DNA of 35,471 nucleotides from assembly GCA_023249285.1 (NCBI GenBank), contig JAHFCZ010000005.1, positions 1 through 35,471 of the forward strand, given 5' to 3'. Numbering within the stretch: the stretch's first letter is position 1; every line of letters begins with the position of its first letter. Origin of the DNA: a bacterium. Its GTDB lineage: Bacteria; Margulisbacteria; Marinamargulisbacteria; SXXA01; JAHFDB01. Under the pieces are notes generated by a model. It did not search any database and was not told where the DNA came from. It saw only the letters and a program-made list of their open reading frames with translations. Below are positions 19,297 to 28,647 of this stretch, piece by piece. The translations under genes and the position numbers were made by a program.

Positions 19297-19934
19297 CCAC
19301 CATTGCCATCATTGACTACGGAATAGGAAATATTCAAAGTATTGTCAATAGCCTAATAGCGGTAGGAGCTACCCCGATTGTTACCCGAGACTCCGCTGAC
19401 ATTTTAAGCGCTCAGGGCATCATCCTTCCGGGGGTTGGTGCTTTTGGAGAAGGGATGGCCAATTTAAGAAAATACCAGCTCATCCCCATTATTTTTGAAG
19501 CTGTTAGGAAAGAGAAGAGCATACTCGGTATTTGTCTGGGAATGCAGCTCCTTTTTCAAGAAAGCGAAGAATTCGGTCACCACCTCGGGCTTGGGCTTAT
19601 CGAAGGATGCGTCAAAAAATTACCGAGTCAGCCTGGAGAAAAGCTCCCCCATGTGAGCTGGAATCAACTCTATCCGCCCACTTCTGAGCGTTGGGCCCAT
19701 TCCATTTTTCAAGAATCCGTTCCCGGAATCGATATGTACTTTGTGCATAGCTTTGCCGCTTATCCTCACCATAAGGCGGATATTTTAAGTGAAACTCCGT
19801 ACGGGGATACATTTTTCTGTTCTTCTGTTCAACGGGGGACTATTTTGGGATGCCAATTTCATCCCGAAAAGAGTGGTCCTGCAGGATTGACAGTCCTTAG
19901 AAACTTTGTTCAGATAGTAACGCTCCGGAACTAA
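19293..19934 (+). CDS. HisH-like glutamine amidotransferase (WbuY/AglY-like)
   Basis: IIDYGIGN, LPGVGAF, GICLGMQ, YFVHS, QFHPEKS. Confidence 0.92.
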   Translation: MTTIAIIDYGIGNIQSIVNSLIAVGATPIVTRDSADILSAQGIILPGVGAFGEGMANLRKYQLIPIIFEAVRKEKSILGICLGMQLLFQESEEFGHHLGLGLIEGCVKKLPSQPGEKLPHVSWNQLYPPTSERWAHSIFQESVPGIDMYFVHSFAAYPHHKADILSETPYGDTFFCSSVQRGTILGCQFHPEKSGPAGLTVLRNFVQIVTLRN

Positions 19935-19963
19935 ATTTTCTATACTCAGAAAAGGAGAGAGAA

Positions 19964-21181
19964 ATCGACGCTTATTTTGGACTGCCCTCTAATGTTGTTT
20001 TTTGTAAAATGTGTGTCATTTCAAACCAAAGACCCAGTTCTACGATTGAATTTAAGCATAGTTTGACCTCTAAAAAAGAAGTCATTGCGTTTGATGGAGA
20101 GGGCGTTTGTTCGGCCTGCCGATTTCATGCAACCAAAGAAGAGGGGATTAATTGGCAGGCTCGCGAAGCCGATCTTATTAAGATTTTAGACCAACACCGA
20201 CGCTCTGATGGGGGCTATGATGTTGTCGTTCCCGGGAGTGGGGGAAAAGATAGTGCCTACACCTCCCATATTCTAAAATATAAATATGGTATGAATCCTT
20301 TGACGGTGACTTGGGCCCCCCATTTATACACTGAGATTGGGTGGAAAAATTTTGAAAATTGGATGCATGTTGGCGGTCTCGATAACCTGCTATATACACC
20401 CAATGGCGTGTTGCATCGACTTCTCACAAAGCTTGCTTTTCACGCTCTTTTACATCCCTTTCAGCCCTTTATTTTAGGGCAACGTATTATTGGTCCATCT
20501 ATTGCGGCAAAGTTTGGGATTCCATTGGTCATGTATGGTGAAAATCAAGCAGAGTATGGCAATAAGGTCGGCGACAATGCTAAACCCACGATGGATGAAA
20601 GCTTTTTTTCTGTGAAAAATCCCTATGAAATGAAATTGGGGGGACTCACTATCCATGAGATCATGGATCAATATGGTTTCACTTACAATGACTTTGCACC
20701 CTATATTCCCACACCATTAGCTGAACTCAAACAAAAACAAGTCGAAGTTCATTACCTTGGCTATTATCTCAAATGGGATCCTCAGGAATGCTATTACTAT
20801 GCCGCAGACCATACAGGGTTCCAGGCTAATACCGAAAGAACTGAAGGAAGCTACTCTAAATATAGTAGTATCGACGATAAAATTGATCCGTTTCACTATT
20901 TCACAACCCTAATTAAGTTTGGAATTGGAAGAGCAACTTACGACGCAGCACAAGAAATTCGTAATGGGAAAATTTCTCGTGAAGAGGGCGTTGAGCTTGT
21001 GAAGCAATTTGATCAAGAATTCCCACGAAAATTCTACTCTGAATTTTTAGACTATATCAGTACCACTGAGGAAGAGTTTTGGGCCTCAGTGAATCGGTTT
21101 CGCTCTCCTCATCTTTGGGCAAGTATGAACGGAGAATGGAAACTGCGACATACGGTTTCCCGCAATGGGCTTGATGACTAA
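19964..21181 (+). CDS. N-acetyl sugar amidotransferase (WbuX/PseA-like)
   Basis: PP-loop VVPGSGGKDS, CKMC...CSAC, YGENQAEYG, YSKYSSIDD, KFGIGRAT. The frame extends 5' of ATG 20009 to an ATC at 19964 behind AAAGGAG; start position uncertain. Confidence 0.88.
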   Translation: MDAYFGLPSNVVFCKMCVISNQRPSSTIEFKHSLTSKKEVIAFDGEGVCSACRFHATKEEGINWQAREADLIKILDQHRRSDGGYDVVVPGSGGKDSAYTSHILKYKYGMNPLTVTWAPHLYTEIGWKNFENWMHVGGLDNLLYTPNGVLHRLLTKLAFHALLHPFQPFILGQRIIGPSIAAKFGIPLVMYGENQAEYGNKVGDNAKPTMDESFFSVKNPYEMKLGGLTIHEIMDQYGFTYNDFAPYIPTPLAELKQKQVEVHYLGYYLKWDPQECYYYAADHTGFQANTERTEGSYSKYSSIDDKIDPFHYFTTLIKFGIGRATYDAAQEIRNGKISREEGVELVKQFDQEFPRKFYSEFLDYISTTEEEFWASVNRFRSPHLWASMNGEWKLRHTVSRNGLDD

Positions 21182-21884
21182 GCAGCCTAGTGTCTTGGCG
21201 GTTATCTTGGCAAGGGCAGGATCTAAGCGAATCCCGGGCAAAAATATGGTCAAAATTGCTGGCCGGCCTCTCCTTGCTTATACACTAGATGCTGCAAAGA
21301 AAGCCACCTGGGTGTCTGATATCGTGGTGAGTTCCGACAGCCCAGAAGTTCGGGCCTTTTCAGAAGAACAGGGCGTCAAAGCGATTGATCGCCCCTCAAA
21401 ATTGGCTAATGATGTCGCTCGATCTGAACCCGCACTTTATCATGCCCTTACATGGTATGCGACCAGGTATAAACCGGTTGATTGGGTCATGCTGCTGCAA
21501 CCCACTTCACCGCTACGAACCTCCCTTCATATTGACGAAGCTTGTACTCAGCTATTCAATACAGATGCCACCGCGTTGATTAGTGTCCAAACACTACCTC
21601 ACTCTCCCTTAAAATCGTTTAAATTAAATGCTGATGGATATATTGAGGGACTGATTAATAACGAAACCCCTTTTCAACGTAGTCAAGATTTACCCGTCTG
21701 CATGATCCCGAATGGGGCCATTTATATTGTAAAATCCGATCTGTTCTTGGCCAGTCAAAAATTGTGGACACCGAAAACACTTCCCTATGTTATGGATGCC
21801 TCACTTGGGATTGATGTAGACACAACAGAAGACCTCGCTCAGGCTGAACAGCAAATTCTCGCTAGCAAGGAAGTAATTTTGTGA
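21174..21884 (+). CDS. neuA: Acylneuraminate (CMP-nonulosonate) cytidylyltransferase
   Basis: ILARAGSKRIPGKN, LLQPTSPLR, NGAIY, IDVDT; start 21165 or 21174. Confidence 0.92.
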   Translation: MTKQPSVLAVILARAGSKRIPGKNMVKIAGRPLLAYTLDAAKKATWVSDIVVSSDSPEVRAFSEEQGVKAIDRPSKLANDVARSEPALYHALTWYATRYKPVDWVMLLQPTSPLRTSLHIDEACTQLFNTDATALISVQTLPHSPLKSFKLNADGYIEGLINNETPFQRSQDLPVCMIPNGAIYIVKSDLFLASQKLWTPKTLPYVMDASLGIDVDTTEDLAQAEQQILASKEVIL

Positions 21885-23932
21885 ACTATCGTAGTGAAAT
21901 TGACGGGCTGCGTGCGCTAGCTGTTATTCCAGTCATACTTTTCCATGCCGGGTTTAGTACCTTTAGCGGAGGTTATGTCGGGGTAGACGTTTTCTTTGTA
22001 ATAAGTGGATATTTAATAACTACGATTTTAATTTCTGATCTACAGGCAGGAAATTTCTCTATTGTACGCTTTTATGAGCGTCGCGCACGAAGGATTTTGC
22101 CAGCATTATTTTTTGTAATGCTAGTCTCAACCCTGTTCGCCTGGGTGTTGCTCACTCCTGATGAATTGGTTAGTTTTTCAAAGAGTATTGCTGCTGTTTC
22201 ATTGTTTGTTTCCAATTTTTTCTTTTGGATAGATGGTGGCTATTTTGAAACCGCTGCCGAATTAAAACCTTTATTACATACTTGGAGTCTGGCAGTAGAA
22301 GAGCAATACTATATTTTCTTTCCAATTTTCCTCATGTTGTTTTGGAGATTTGGAAGGAAATTTATTTTATGGGCTGTAATTTTTGTGGCCATTATTAGCT
22401 TAGCAATAGCTCAGGTTGGCGCCTCATTAAGACCCGTACTAAACTTTTTTCTATTGACAAGTAGAGCGTGGGAAATTGCTATAGGGGCTATTGCCTCTTT
22501 ATTCCTGCTAGATAAAAATTTCTCGAAGGTTGGCTTAAATAGCAAACAGTTTTTTTCATTAGTCGGGTTTGTATTGATTCTGCTATCTGTTTTTTTGTTT
22601 AACAATGATACCCCTTTTCCAAGCGTATATGCTTTGTTGCCGACTGTTGGTGCAGTTTTGATTATTCTATTTGCCGAGAAGGATACGTATATTGGGAAGC
22701 TTTTAAGTACTCGAATCTTTGTTGGGGTTGGGTTGATTAGCTATAGCGCATATTTGTGGCATCAGCCCATCCTTGTCTTCGCAAGGATTGTAGCATTATC
22801 ATTTGGAGTTATCCCAAAGAGTGTGCTCCTTGCATTGATTTTTTCTATATCAATTTTTAGTTGGAAGTACATTGAAGCTCCTTTTAGGAAAAATGATTTC
22901 TTTGGAAGGAAATTTATTTTTTCTTGCTCCATTGGTGCTAGTATTTTTTTTGCATTACTTGGATTCGGATCATCAAGAGCACTTATTGACGTGAATCATG
23001 AATCCATTATGGCTAGAGAGTTGTCGACTGGTGTTGCAATTTACGCTTCAAATATGAATGAGCGAAAATTCATAAAATCACGGATTGAAGTTGAGACAAT
23101 TTCGCCAAAAACTATCGTGTTGGGTTCGTCACGGATTATGCAAATTGGATCTAGAAATATGGGTAACGAGCTTCTTAATCTTGGAATGAGTGGAGCTTCT
23201 GTGGAGGATGATGTTGCTATCTGGAAGTTGGTATCAGAGAGATTTAACCCTGATTTGGTCTTGATAGGTGTGGATCCTTGGCTATTTAATGGTAAATCTG
23301 GACAGTACAGATGGAAGACTCTAGAAGCTGAGTATTACTCGGCTTTGACTGATTTGGATGTTGACGCTCAAAAATCATTAATTGGTGATCATCAAAAATT
23401 ATCAACTGGCGATCAGATGAAAGCCAAGATTGGTAATAATATCCTTGTTAATCTTTATGGATATTTGAATGTTTCAAAAATTGCAGCAATTAATGATTCT
23501 CCAGAATATATGGATAAAATTCGAAGAGATGGCAGTCGAGTTTACAATTTGTCATATGCCAATAAGACTAGTAAAGAGGTTGAAAGTGGGGCTATAGCAT
23601 TAGCATCATATGCGATGTCGCCATATGAATATTCTGCCGTCGCTGAGGATGTTTTCAAAAAATTAATTCGCCACATAAAAAGTAAGCATAGAGTGGTTTT
23701 GGTTTTATCCCCGTATCATCCAAAACTTTATAAGTTTATGGTTACTCAAGATAAAAAATTTATTGAAATTGAAAAACGATATAGGGAATTAGCAGCCAAT
23801 TTAAACGTATCAATAATTGGCTCTTATGATCCAGAAGTAGTTGGATGCAGTAGTGATGAATTTTATGATGGAATGCACCCAAAAGATAGTTGTATGAACA
23901 AGATTGTTAATGAGCTTGTCCACAATCGTTAG
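21881..23932 (+). CDS. Acyltransferase-3 (OafA/OatA-like) O-acyltransferase with C-terminal SGNH-like domain
   Basis: YRSEIDGLRALAV, GVDVFFVISGYLIT, RRARRILP, HTWSLAVEEQYY, ISYSAYLWHQP; C-terminal VLGSSR...FYDGMHP. Confidence 0.92.
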   Translation: MNYRSEIDGLRALAVIPVILFHAGFSTFSGGYVGVDVFFVISGYLITTILISDLQAGNFSIVRFYERRARRILPALFFVMLVSTLFAWVLLTPDELVSFSKSIAAVSLFVSNFFFWIDGGYFETAAELKPLLHTWSLAVEEQYYIFFPIFLMLFWRFGRKFILWAVIFVAIISLAIAQVGASLRPVLNFFLLTSRAWEIAIGAIASLFLLDKNFSKVGLNSKQFFSLVGFVLILLSVFLFNNDTPFPSVYALLPTVGAVLIILFAEKDTYIGKLLSTRIFVGVGLISYSAYLWHQPILVFARIVALSFGVIPKSVLLALIFSISIFSWKYIEAPFRKNDFFGRKFIFSCSIGASIFFALLGFGSSRALIDVNHESIMARELSTGVAIYASNMNERKFIKSRIEVETISPKTIVLGSSRIMQIGSRNMGNELLNLGMSGASVEDDVAIWKLVSERFNPDLVLIGVDPWLFNGKSGQYRWKTLEAEYYSALTDLDVDAQKSLIGDHQKLSTGDQMKAKIGNNILVNLYGYLNVSKIAAINDSPEYMDKIRRDGSRVYNLSYANKTSKEVESGAIALASYAMSPYEYSAVAEDVFKKLIRHIKSKHRVVLVLSPYHPKLYKFMVTQDKKFIEIEKRYRELAANLNVSIIGSYDPEVVGCSSDEFYDGMHPKDSCMNKIVNELVHNR

Positions 23933-24069
23933 ACCCCCAAGCGACGAATCTGAGACATAAAATCATCGTCGTAGGAGTTGTGGGCAGAAATATGTTACTT
24001 TTAGAGCCTGTAGCTGCAGCATCACGGGGTGGATATATTGGAAGAGGCTGAAGCCAAGGAGGACGTCGC

Positions 24070-25866
24070 ATGATGCATTTGATTTATGGGCCCACCGGAT
24101 GCGGAAAAACTCAGGCCATACTCACTCAAATCCAGGCATGGTTAACCGGACAACACGTGCATGCCGATCAGATCATGCTCATTTCCGGGACGGCCAGCGG
24201 GGCTCGGCTTCTCAAATGTGAGCTCCAACAACAACTGGGCGATGCCGCCGCCGGCTTACACGCCACTTCTTTGAAGGCCTGGGCTCTGAGCGTGCTGCGT
24301 GCCCATCACTTGGTGCAAACGCCGAATGAACAGCCGTTTTCACTGTATTGTGCTGACCTGATGTCACGCTTGGGTCTTGGTCCAGAACCGGCTGAGGCCG
24401 TTCACGACTGGCTGGACCAATGGGGGATGTTACGCGACGATGCAATTTTGTCCCGGGCATTGCCGCTGTTTGCCGACCAGGATCGGGTGCTGAGTCTGTT
24501 CCCTTATCGATTTGTGATTATTGATAATGCCCATCACTTGGATGATGCGGTGTCGCTGGCCTTGATCCAAGCCATGGCCCAGGGTCGGGAAATGGCGGTG
24601 GCTTTTGACCCGTTTTTGGCGCAGCATCAAGGTGATTTACTGGGAGACTACACCCAACGATTCCCCAATGCGCGGGTCAGCGCACTCCCGCATCGCCATC
24701 ATGAAGGCCCGGTCTTTGAGGCCCTTTGTGAGGTCAATCCCGCATTGATTGCCCAAGTGCCGACTGCCCACCCGCAACACCCCTTTTTGACCGGTGACTC
24801 CTTCCCCGATGAGGAGGCCTTGGTTGCGTGGATGATCCAGCATATCCGTTACCTGCAAGAAACCCAATGGATCGATGGCTCGGAGATGGTCATGATTTCG
24901 CAAGGGAGCTCCCCGCAATTGGAAGCCGCTTTGCATCTGTCCCAAATCCCGACCCGGCATCTCGGGGAAGATCAGCTGTACCAAACCCCGGAACTCGTCC
25001 GCGTCCTGGCCTATTTGAGCCTGATCCATAACCCCCATGACCCCTTTGCCTTACTGGAAGTGAGTGAAAGCTTGGGCGTTGACCGATCCGAAGTTCAGGC
25101 CTGGATTTCTGCGGCGTTTCACGCGAAACAATCGGTGTCGACGCTCTGCCAAACCCTGAAAATAGATCTGCCCAAAAAAGAAGAACTACAGCGCCTCTTT
25201 ACGCATTTAGCGGCCCTTCAAACGGCCTATTACCACAACGAACATCGCCTGGATGAGCTGATTGGGGCGGTACGTGAAGTGTCGATCCACCATGATGAGG
25301 ACGAATCCCAAGAAGAGATCGAGTTAGCCAACGCGAATGTGTCCGGCTTAGTTGAAGAGGCCATGGAATCCGGCTGGACCCTGCAAGGGCTCCTGGATTA
25401 CGCGCAGTGTTTGACCCCCTTAGAAGATCGGCCGGCCCAAGGCTCCGCGATCTTAGTCATCGATGCCAGTATGGCCTGGATGCTCCAGGATTTGCATCCG
25501 CATCGGGTGGTCTTGATCTTGTCACCGGGGGATGCCGATGATCACCTGGAAGCCACCTATTATTTGGGGCTTGGCCACGCAAAAAATGGCGTGGTACTCA
25601 CCCATTTGAGCACGCACCCGGTGGACCATACCCGTCATCCGTGGTTTGCTTCCATGATGAATGCGGCCCAAAATGGGCATTTTCCAGCCCCGCAAGACCA
25701 TGCGCTTAGAGTGGGTCAGCGCGTCCGTCACGCCACCTGGGGAGAGGGGAAAATCACCCAAATCCAGGCCGAGGCGGACAAAACCTGTCTCCATGTTCAA
25801 TTCCATGACGAATTGCGGGTTCTGATGGCCAAATATGCGGTCTTAGACCTGCTCGAGGACGGCTAA
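24070..25866 (+). CDS. Degenerate PcrA/UvrD-like protein with C-terminal Tudor-like domain
   Basis: Walker A GPTGCGKT, PELVRVLAYLSLIHNPHD, C-terminal LRVGQRVRHATWGEGKI; other helicase motifs eroded; AAGGAGG RBS. Confidence 0.78.
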   Translation: MMHLIYGPTGCGKTQAILTQIQAWLTGQHVHADQIMLISGTASGARLLKCELQQQLGDAAAGLHATSLKAWALSVLRAHHLVQTPNEQPFSLYCADLMSRLGLGPEPAEAVHDWLDQWGMLRDDAILSRALPLFADQDRVLSLFPYRFVIIDNAHHLDDAVSLALIQAMAQGREMAVAFDPFLAQHQGDLLGDYTQRFPNARVSALPHRHHEGPVFEALCEVNPALIAQVPTAHPQHPFLTGDSFPDEEALVAWMIQHIRYLQETQWIDGSEMVMISQGSSPQLEAALHLSQIPTRHLGEDQLYQTPELVRVLAYLSLIHNPHDPFALLEVSESLGVDRSEVQAWISAAFHAKQSVSTLCQTLKIDLPKKEELQRLFTHLAALQTAYYHNEHRLDELIGAVREVSIHHDEDESQEEIELANANVSGLVEEAMESGWTLQGLLDYAQCLTPLEDRPAQGSAILVIDASMAWMLQDLHPHRVVLILSPGDADDHLEATYYLGLGHAKNGVVLTHLSTHPVDHTRHPWFASMMNAAQNGHFPAPQDHALRVGQRVRHATWGEGKITQIQAEADKTCLHVQFHDELRVLMAKYAVLDLLEDG

Positions 25867-25867
25867 A

Positions 25868-26524
25868 ATGCACATCAAAGAAATGTTTTACTCGTTTCAA
25901 GGCGAAGGCCCCTGGGTGGGCTATCCCCAGATTTTTATTCGATTTTATGGGTGCAACATTCACTGTGCCTACTGCGATGAGCCCGATTTTGTCGAGCAAC
26001 GTCACAATTACACCTCGGAAAAAGTCTTGGAAGAAATCCAGCCTTGGGTGGCCAAAAAACCCCATTCGATTTCGATCACCGGCGGAGAGCCCCTGATTCA
26101 GGTGGCGGCCCTCAAAGACCTCTTGCCGCAACTGCCCTTGCCCGTCTACTTGGAAACCAACGGCACCCTGCCCAAGCACTTGGCGGAGGTCTTGCCCTGG
26201 ATTACCTATGCCTCGGTGGATTACAAGACCGGATTTCAGGCTGAATTTACGGATTTTATGGCCCAATTGAAGGATTTGCCTGGGGCCTTTGTAAAATACG
26301 TATTGGTGCGGGATTTCCCTATCCAAGACATTCAAAACATTGTCAAAATCATGTCGGCCCTTAACCCGGCCATGCCGTTTGTGATCCAACCCGTGACCCC
26401 GTTTGCGGAGGTGAAGCACAAAGCCAAGCCCGAAGATATCTTGCGGGCATATACCCTTGCCTCAAAACATCTTTCGGATGTTAGAATTATCCCACAAACT
26501 CATAAATTTATAGGAATTCGGTAA
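25868..26524 (+). CDS. queE: 7-carboxy-7-deazaguanine synthase-like radical SAM enzyme
   Basis: EMFYSFQGEG, FIRFYGCNIHCAYCD, ITGGEP, LETNG, IQP, RIIPQTHK. Confidence 0.85.
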   Translation: MHIKEMFYSFQGEGPWVGYPQIFIRFYGCNIHCAYCDEPDFVEQRHNYTSEKVLEEIQPWVAKKPHSISITGGEPLIQVAALKDLLPQLPLPVYLETNGTLPKHLAEVLPWITYASVDYKTGFQAEFTDFMAQLKDLPGAFVKYVLVRDFPIQDIQNIVKIMSALNPAMPFVIQPVTPFAEVKHKAKPEDILRAYTLASKHLSDVRIIPQTHKFIGIR

Positions 26525-27204
26525 TGAAAAACACCTCGTTTATTCTGCGTTCATGGATCTTGGTTCTGGTTTTGATCATGGGGAGCATGGCTGGCCTTGA
26601 AGCGGCCTCGTCGAAGTTGATCGAGTCCAATGCCCATGGGCAAATTGACTGGGAAAAAGGGACGTTGCGGGCGGATTCGGCGCAGCACATGGACGGGCTA
26701 ATCCAGTCTTTACGGGTGGATACATCGACCACGATCGGGGAGCTGATGCTGTTTGACCCGGGACTCGTCGAGGAATTACCACAGGGGAAAGATGTGGACC
26801 TGTATGGGGATGACGGGATTGCGACCACGGTTTTTGGGAAAGTGGTGGACCCGGAGGCCCAAGCGCTAGCCACACCGGATGCCAAGGCCCCTGACGGCGT
26901 GATCGTGGATGCGACCCTTTGTGACTTTTTCCCTTGCCTGATCCCCAGTTGGATGGGCAGCACTGGCGAGGTGATCTTTGCGCCGGAGCAGCTGTATTCG
27001 CTGACCACGTGTGCGGTGCGTTATGTGGGCAGCCTTCAGGCCGCTAAACTCCTCCTCCCCAACGCAATGATTGTCCGGGCCATTTCGACCGGGGGGGCCT
27101 TTAAGGGATCTTTGGGCTTTAGTGCCGCCGACAGTGACATGCTCAAAGAGTTGGAAGCCAAAACCCAGTGCATTCGGCGTGGGAAAGTCATTATTATCCT
27201 GTAG
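26524..27204 (+). CDS. Hypothetical exported protein
   Basis: Signal-peptide-like N-terminus (ILVLVLIMGSMAGLEA); TAATG overlap with queE; fills the gap to murC. Confidence 0.7.
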   Translation: MKNTSFILRSWILVLVLIMGSMAGLEAASSKLIESNAHGQIDWEKGTLRADSAQHMDGLIQSLRVDTSTTIGELMLFDPGLVEELPQGKDVDLYGDDGIATTVFGKVVDPEAQALATPDAKAPDGVIVDATLCDFFPCLIPSWMGSTGEVIFAPEQLYSLTTCAVRYVGSLQAAKLLLPNAMIVRAISTGGAFKGSLGFSAADSDMLKELEAKTQCIRRGKVIIIL

Positions 27205-27216
27205 GAGAGCCCAGCC

Positions 27217-28647
27217 ATGGAAATTTCAAAACACAAAACACTACACTTTATCGGGATCGGCGGGGCCGGCATGAGCGCGATCGCGACCGTTGCCCTCGAA
27301 ATGGGGTATTCCGTGACCGGTTCGGATTTGAAGGAATCCATCTCTACGATTCGCCTTAAAGATTTGGGGGCCAAGATTTTCTTCGGCAATAAACCTGCGA
27401 ATTTAAGAGAAGCAGACGTGGTCATTGTGTCGACCGCGATCCCGGATGACAACCCCGAATATGCCCACGCGAAACAAGAAAAAATGGTGATTTTACGCCG
27501 TGCGGAGATGTTGGATGTCCTGATGCGGCATTTTCAGCGTCGGATTTCCGTGGCTGGGACCCACGGTAAAACCACGACCTCCTCGATGGTCGCTAAGGCC
27601 TTGATGGACAATGGCAAAAAACCCACGTATTTGGTGGGGGCGGATTTGCGGGACCTGGGTGGCAACGCGGGCCTAGGTACCAGTGATTATTTTGTGGCCG
27701 AATCCGACGAAAGTGATGGTTCTTTTTTGTACCTACATCCCAACGTTGGGATTATTACGAACATCGAAACGGATCACTTGGATTACTACAAAGATTTTGA
27801 CAATATCAAATTTCACTTCCAGAAATTTATGCAAGGGATTCGGGATCGGCAAGGCTATTTGATTATCAACCGGGATGATCCGGTCTTGGTGGAATTGGCC
27901 AAACCCTTCGAAGAGCATGTGATCTACTACGGGATTCACACTAAGGCCGAAGTCATGGCCACCAAAATTGTGCATACCCCAGAAGGGTCAAATTTTACCC
28001 TTAAAATTAATGGCCGCGACAAAGGGGAGGTGTATTTGCAGGTCTATGGCCAACACAATGTCTCGAACTGCTTGTCTGTCATTGCCCTCGGGATCAAAGA
28101 AAACATTTCTTTGGAAGGCATTAAAAAGAGCTTATTTGGGTTCTCTGGGGCCAAGCGTCGGTTCCAATGGATCGGCCAAGAAAATGGCATCGATGTGTAT
28201 GACGATTACGGGCATCACCCGACTGAAATTTATACAACCTTAGACGGCGCGAAACGCAGCTTCCCTGAGCGACGGGTGATTTGTATTTTTCAACCCCATC
28301 GCTACACCCGTACCCGGGATTTATTGGAATCCTTCCCCGATGCGTTCCAAGCCGCGGACATGACGATTATTACCGAAGTGTACTCGGCCAATGAAGAGAA
28401 AATCGCCAAGATTTCCGGGCGACTTATCGTGGATAAAGTGAAGGCGAAGTTCGCGGCTGAAGCCCGATTTATTGCCAAGAAAAGTGACATCCCCAAGACC
28501 TTGGTTCCCTTGTTACGGCCTGGCGACTTGGTGATCACAATGGGTGCGGGCGACATTCATACCGTCGCCAAAGAGTTGGTGGCCCAGCTCAAAACCGCTA
28601 TTCCGAAGAGCCCTGTGCTCACCCCCCCTCATGCAGATCCGGTCTGA
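27217..28647 (+). CDS. murC: UDP-N-acetylmuramate--L-alanine ligase
   Basis: HFIGIGGAGMS, AGTHGKTTT, ESDESDGSF, DDYGHHPTEI, FQPHRYTRT. Confidence 0.97.
   Translation: MEISKHKTLHFIGIGGAGMSAIATVALEMGYSVTGSDLKESISTIRLKDLGAKIFFGNKPANLREADVVIVSTAIPDDNPEYAHAKQEKMVILRRAEMLDVLMRHFQRRISVAGTHGKTTTSSMVAKALMDNGKKPTYLVGADLRDLGGNAGLGTSDYFVAESDESDGSFLYLHPNVGIITNIETDHLDYYKDFDNIKFHFQKFMQGIRDRQGYLIINRDDPVLVELAKPFEEHVIYYGIHTKAEVMATKIVHTPEGSNFTLKINGRDKGEVYLQVYGQHNVSNCLSVIALGIKENISLEGIKKSLFGFSGAKRRFQWIGQENGIDVYDDYGHHPTEIYTTLDGAKRSFPERRVICIFQPHRYTRTRDLLESFPDAFQAADMTIITEVYSANEEKIAKISGRLIVDKVKAKFAAEARFIAKKSDIPKTLVPLLRPGDLVITMGAGDIHTVAKELVAQLKTAIPKSPVLTPPHADPV

Noticed and set aside
18541-19934. hisF/hisH as histidine biosynthesis genes
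   Set aside because: They flank an N-acetyl sugar amidotransferase inside a neu operon with no other his genes, so they are better read as glycan-modification paralogues.
19964-21181. PP-loop amidotransferase as the missing lasso cyclase
   Set aside because: Its motifs (CxxC pairs, YGEN, KFGIGRAT) and HisF/HisH partners fit WbuX/PseA, not an asparagine-synthetase-like lasso cyclase.
23933-24069. Possible hairpin or terminator (CGACGA...TCGTCG) after the acyltransferase
   Set aside because: 6-bp stem with a long loop and no U-tract; not supportable.
25868-26524. queE as part of a dpd 7-deazaguanine DNA-modification island
   Set aside because: No dpdA/tgt-like, queC, queD or folE genes nearby, and the context is housekeeping.
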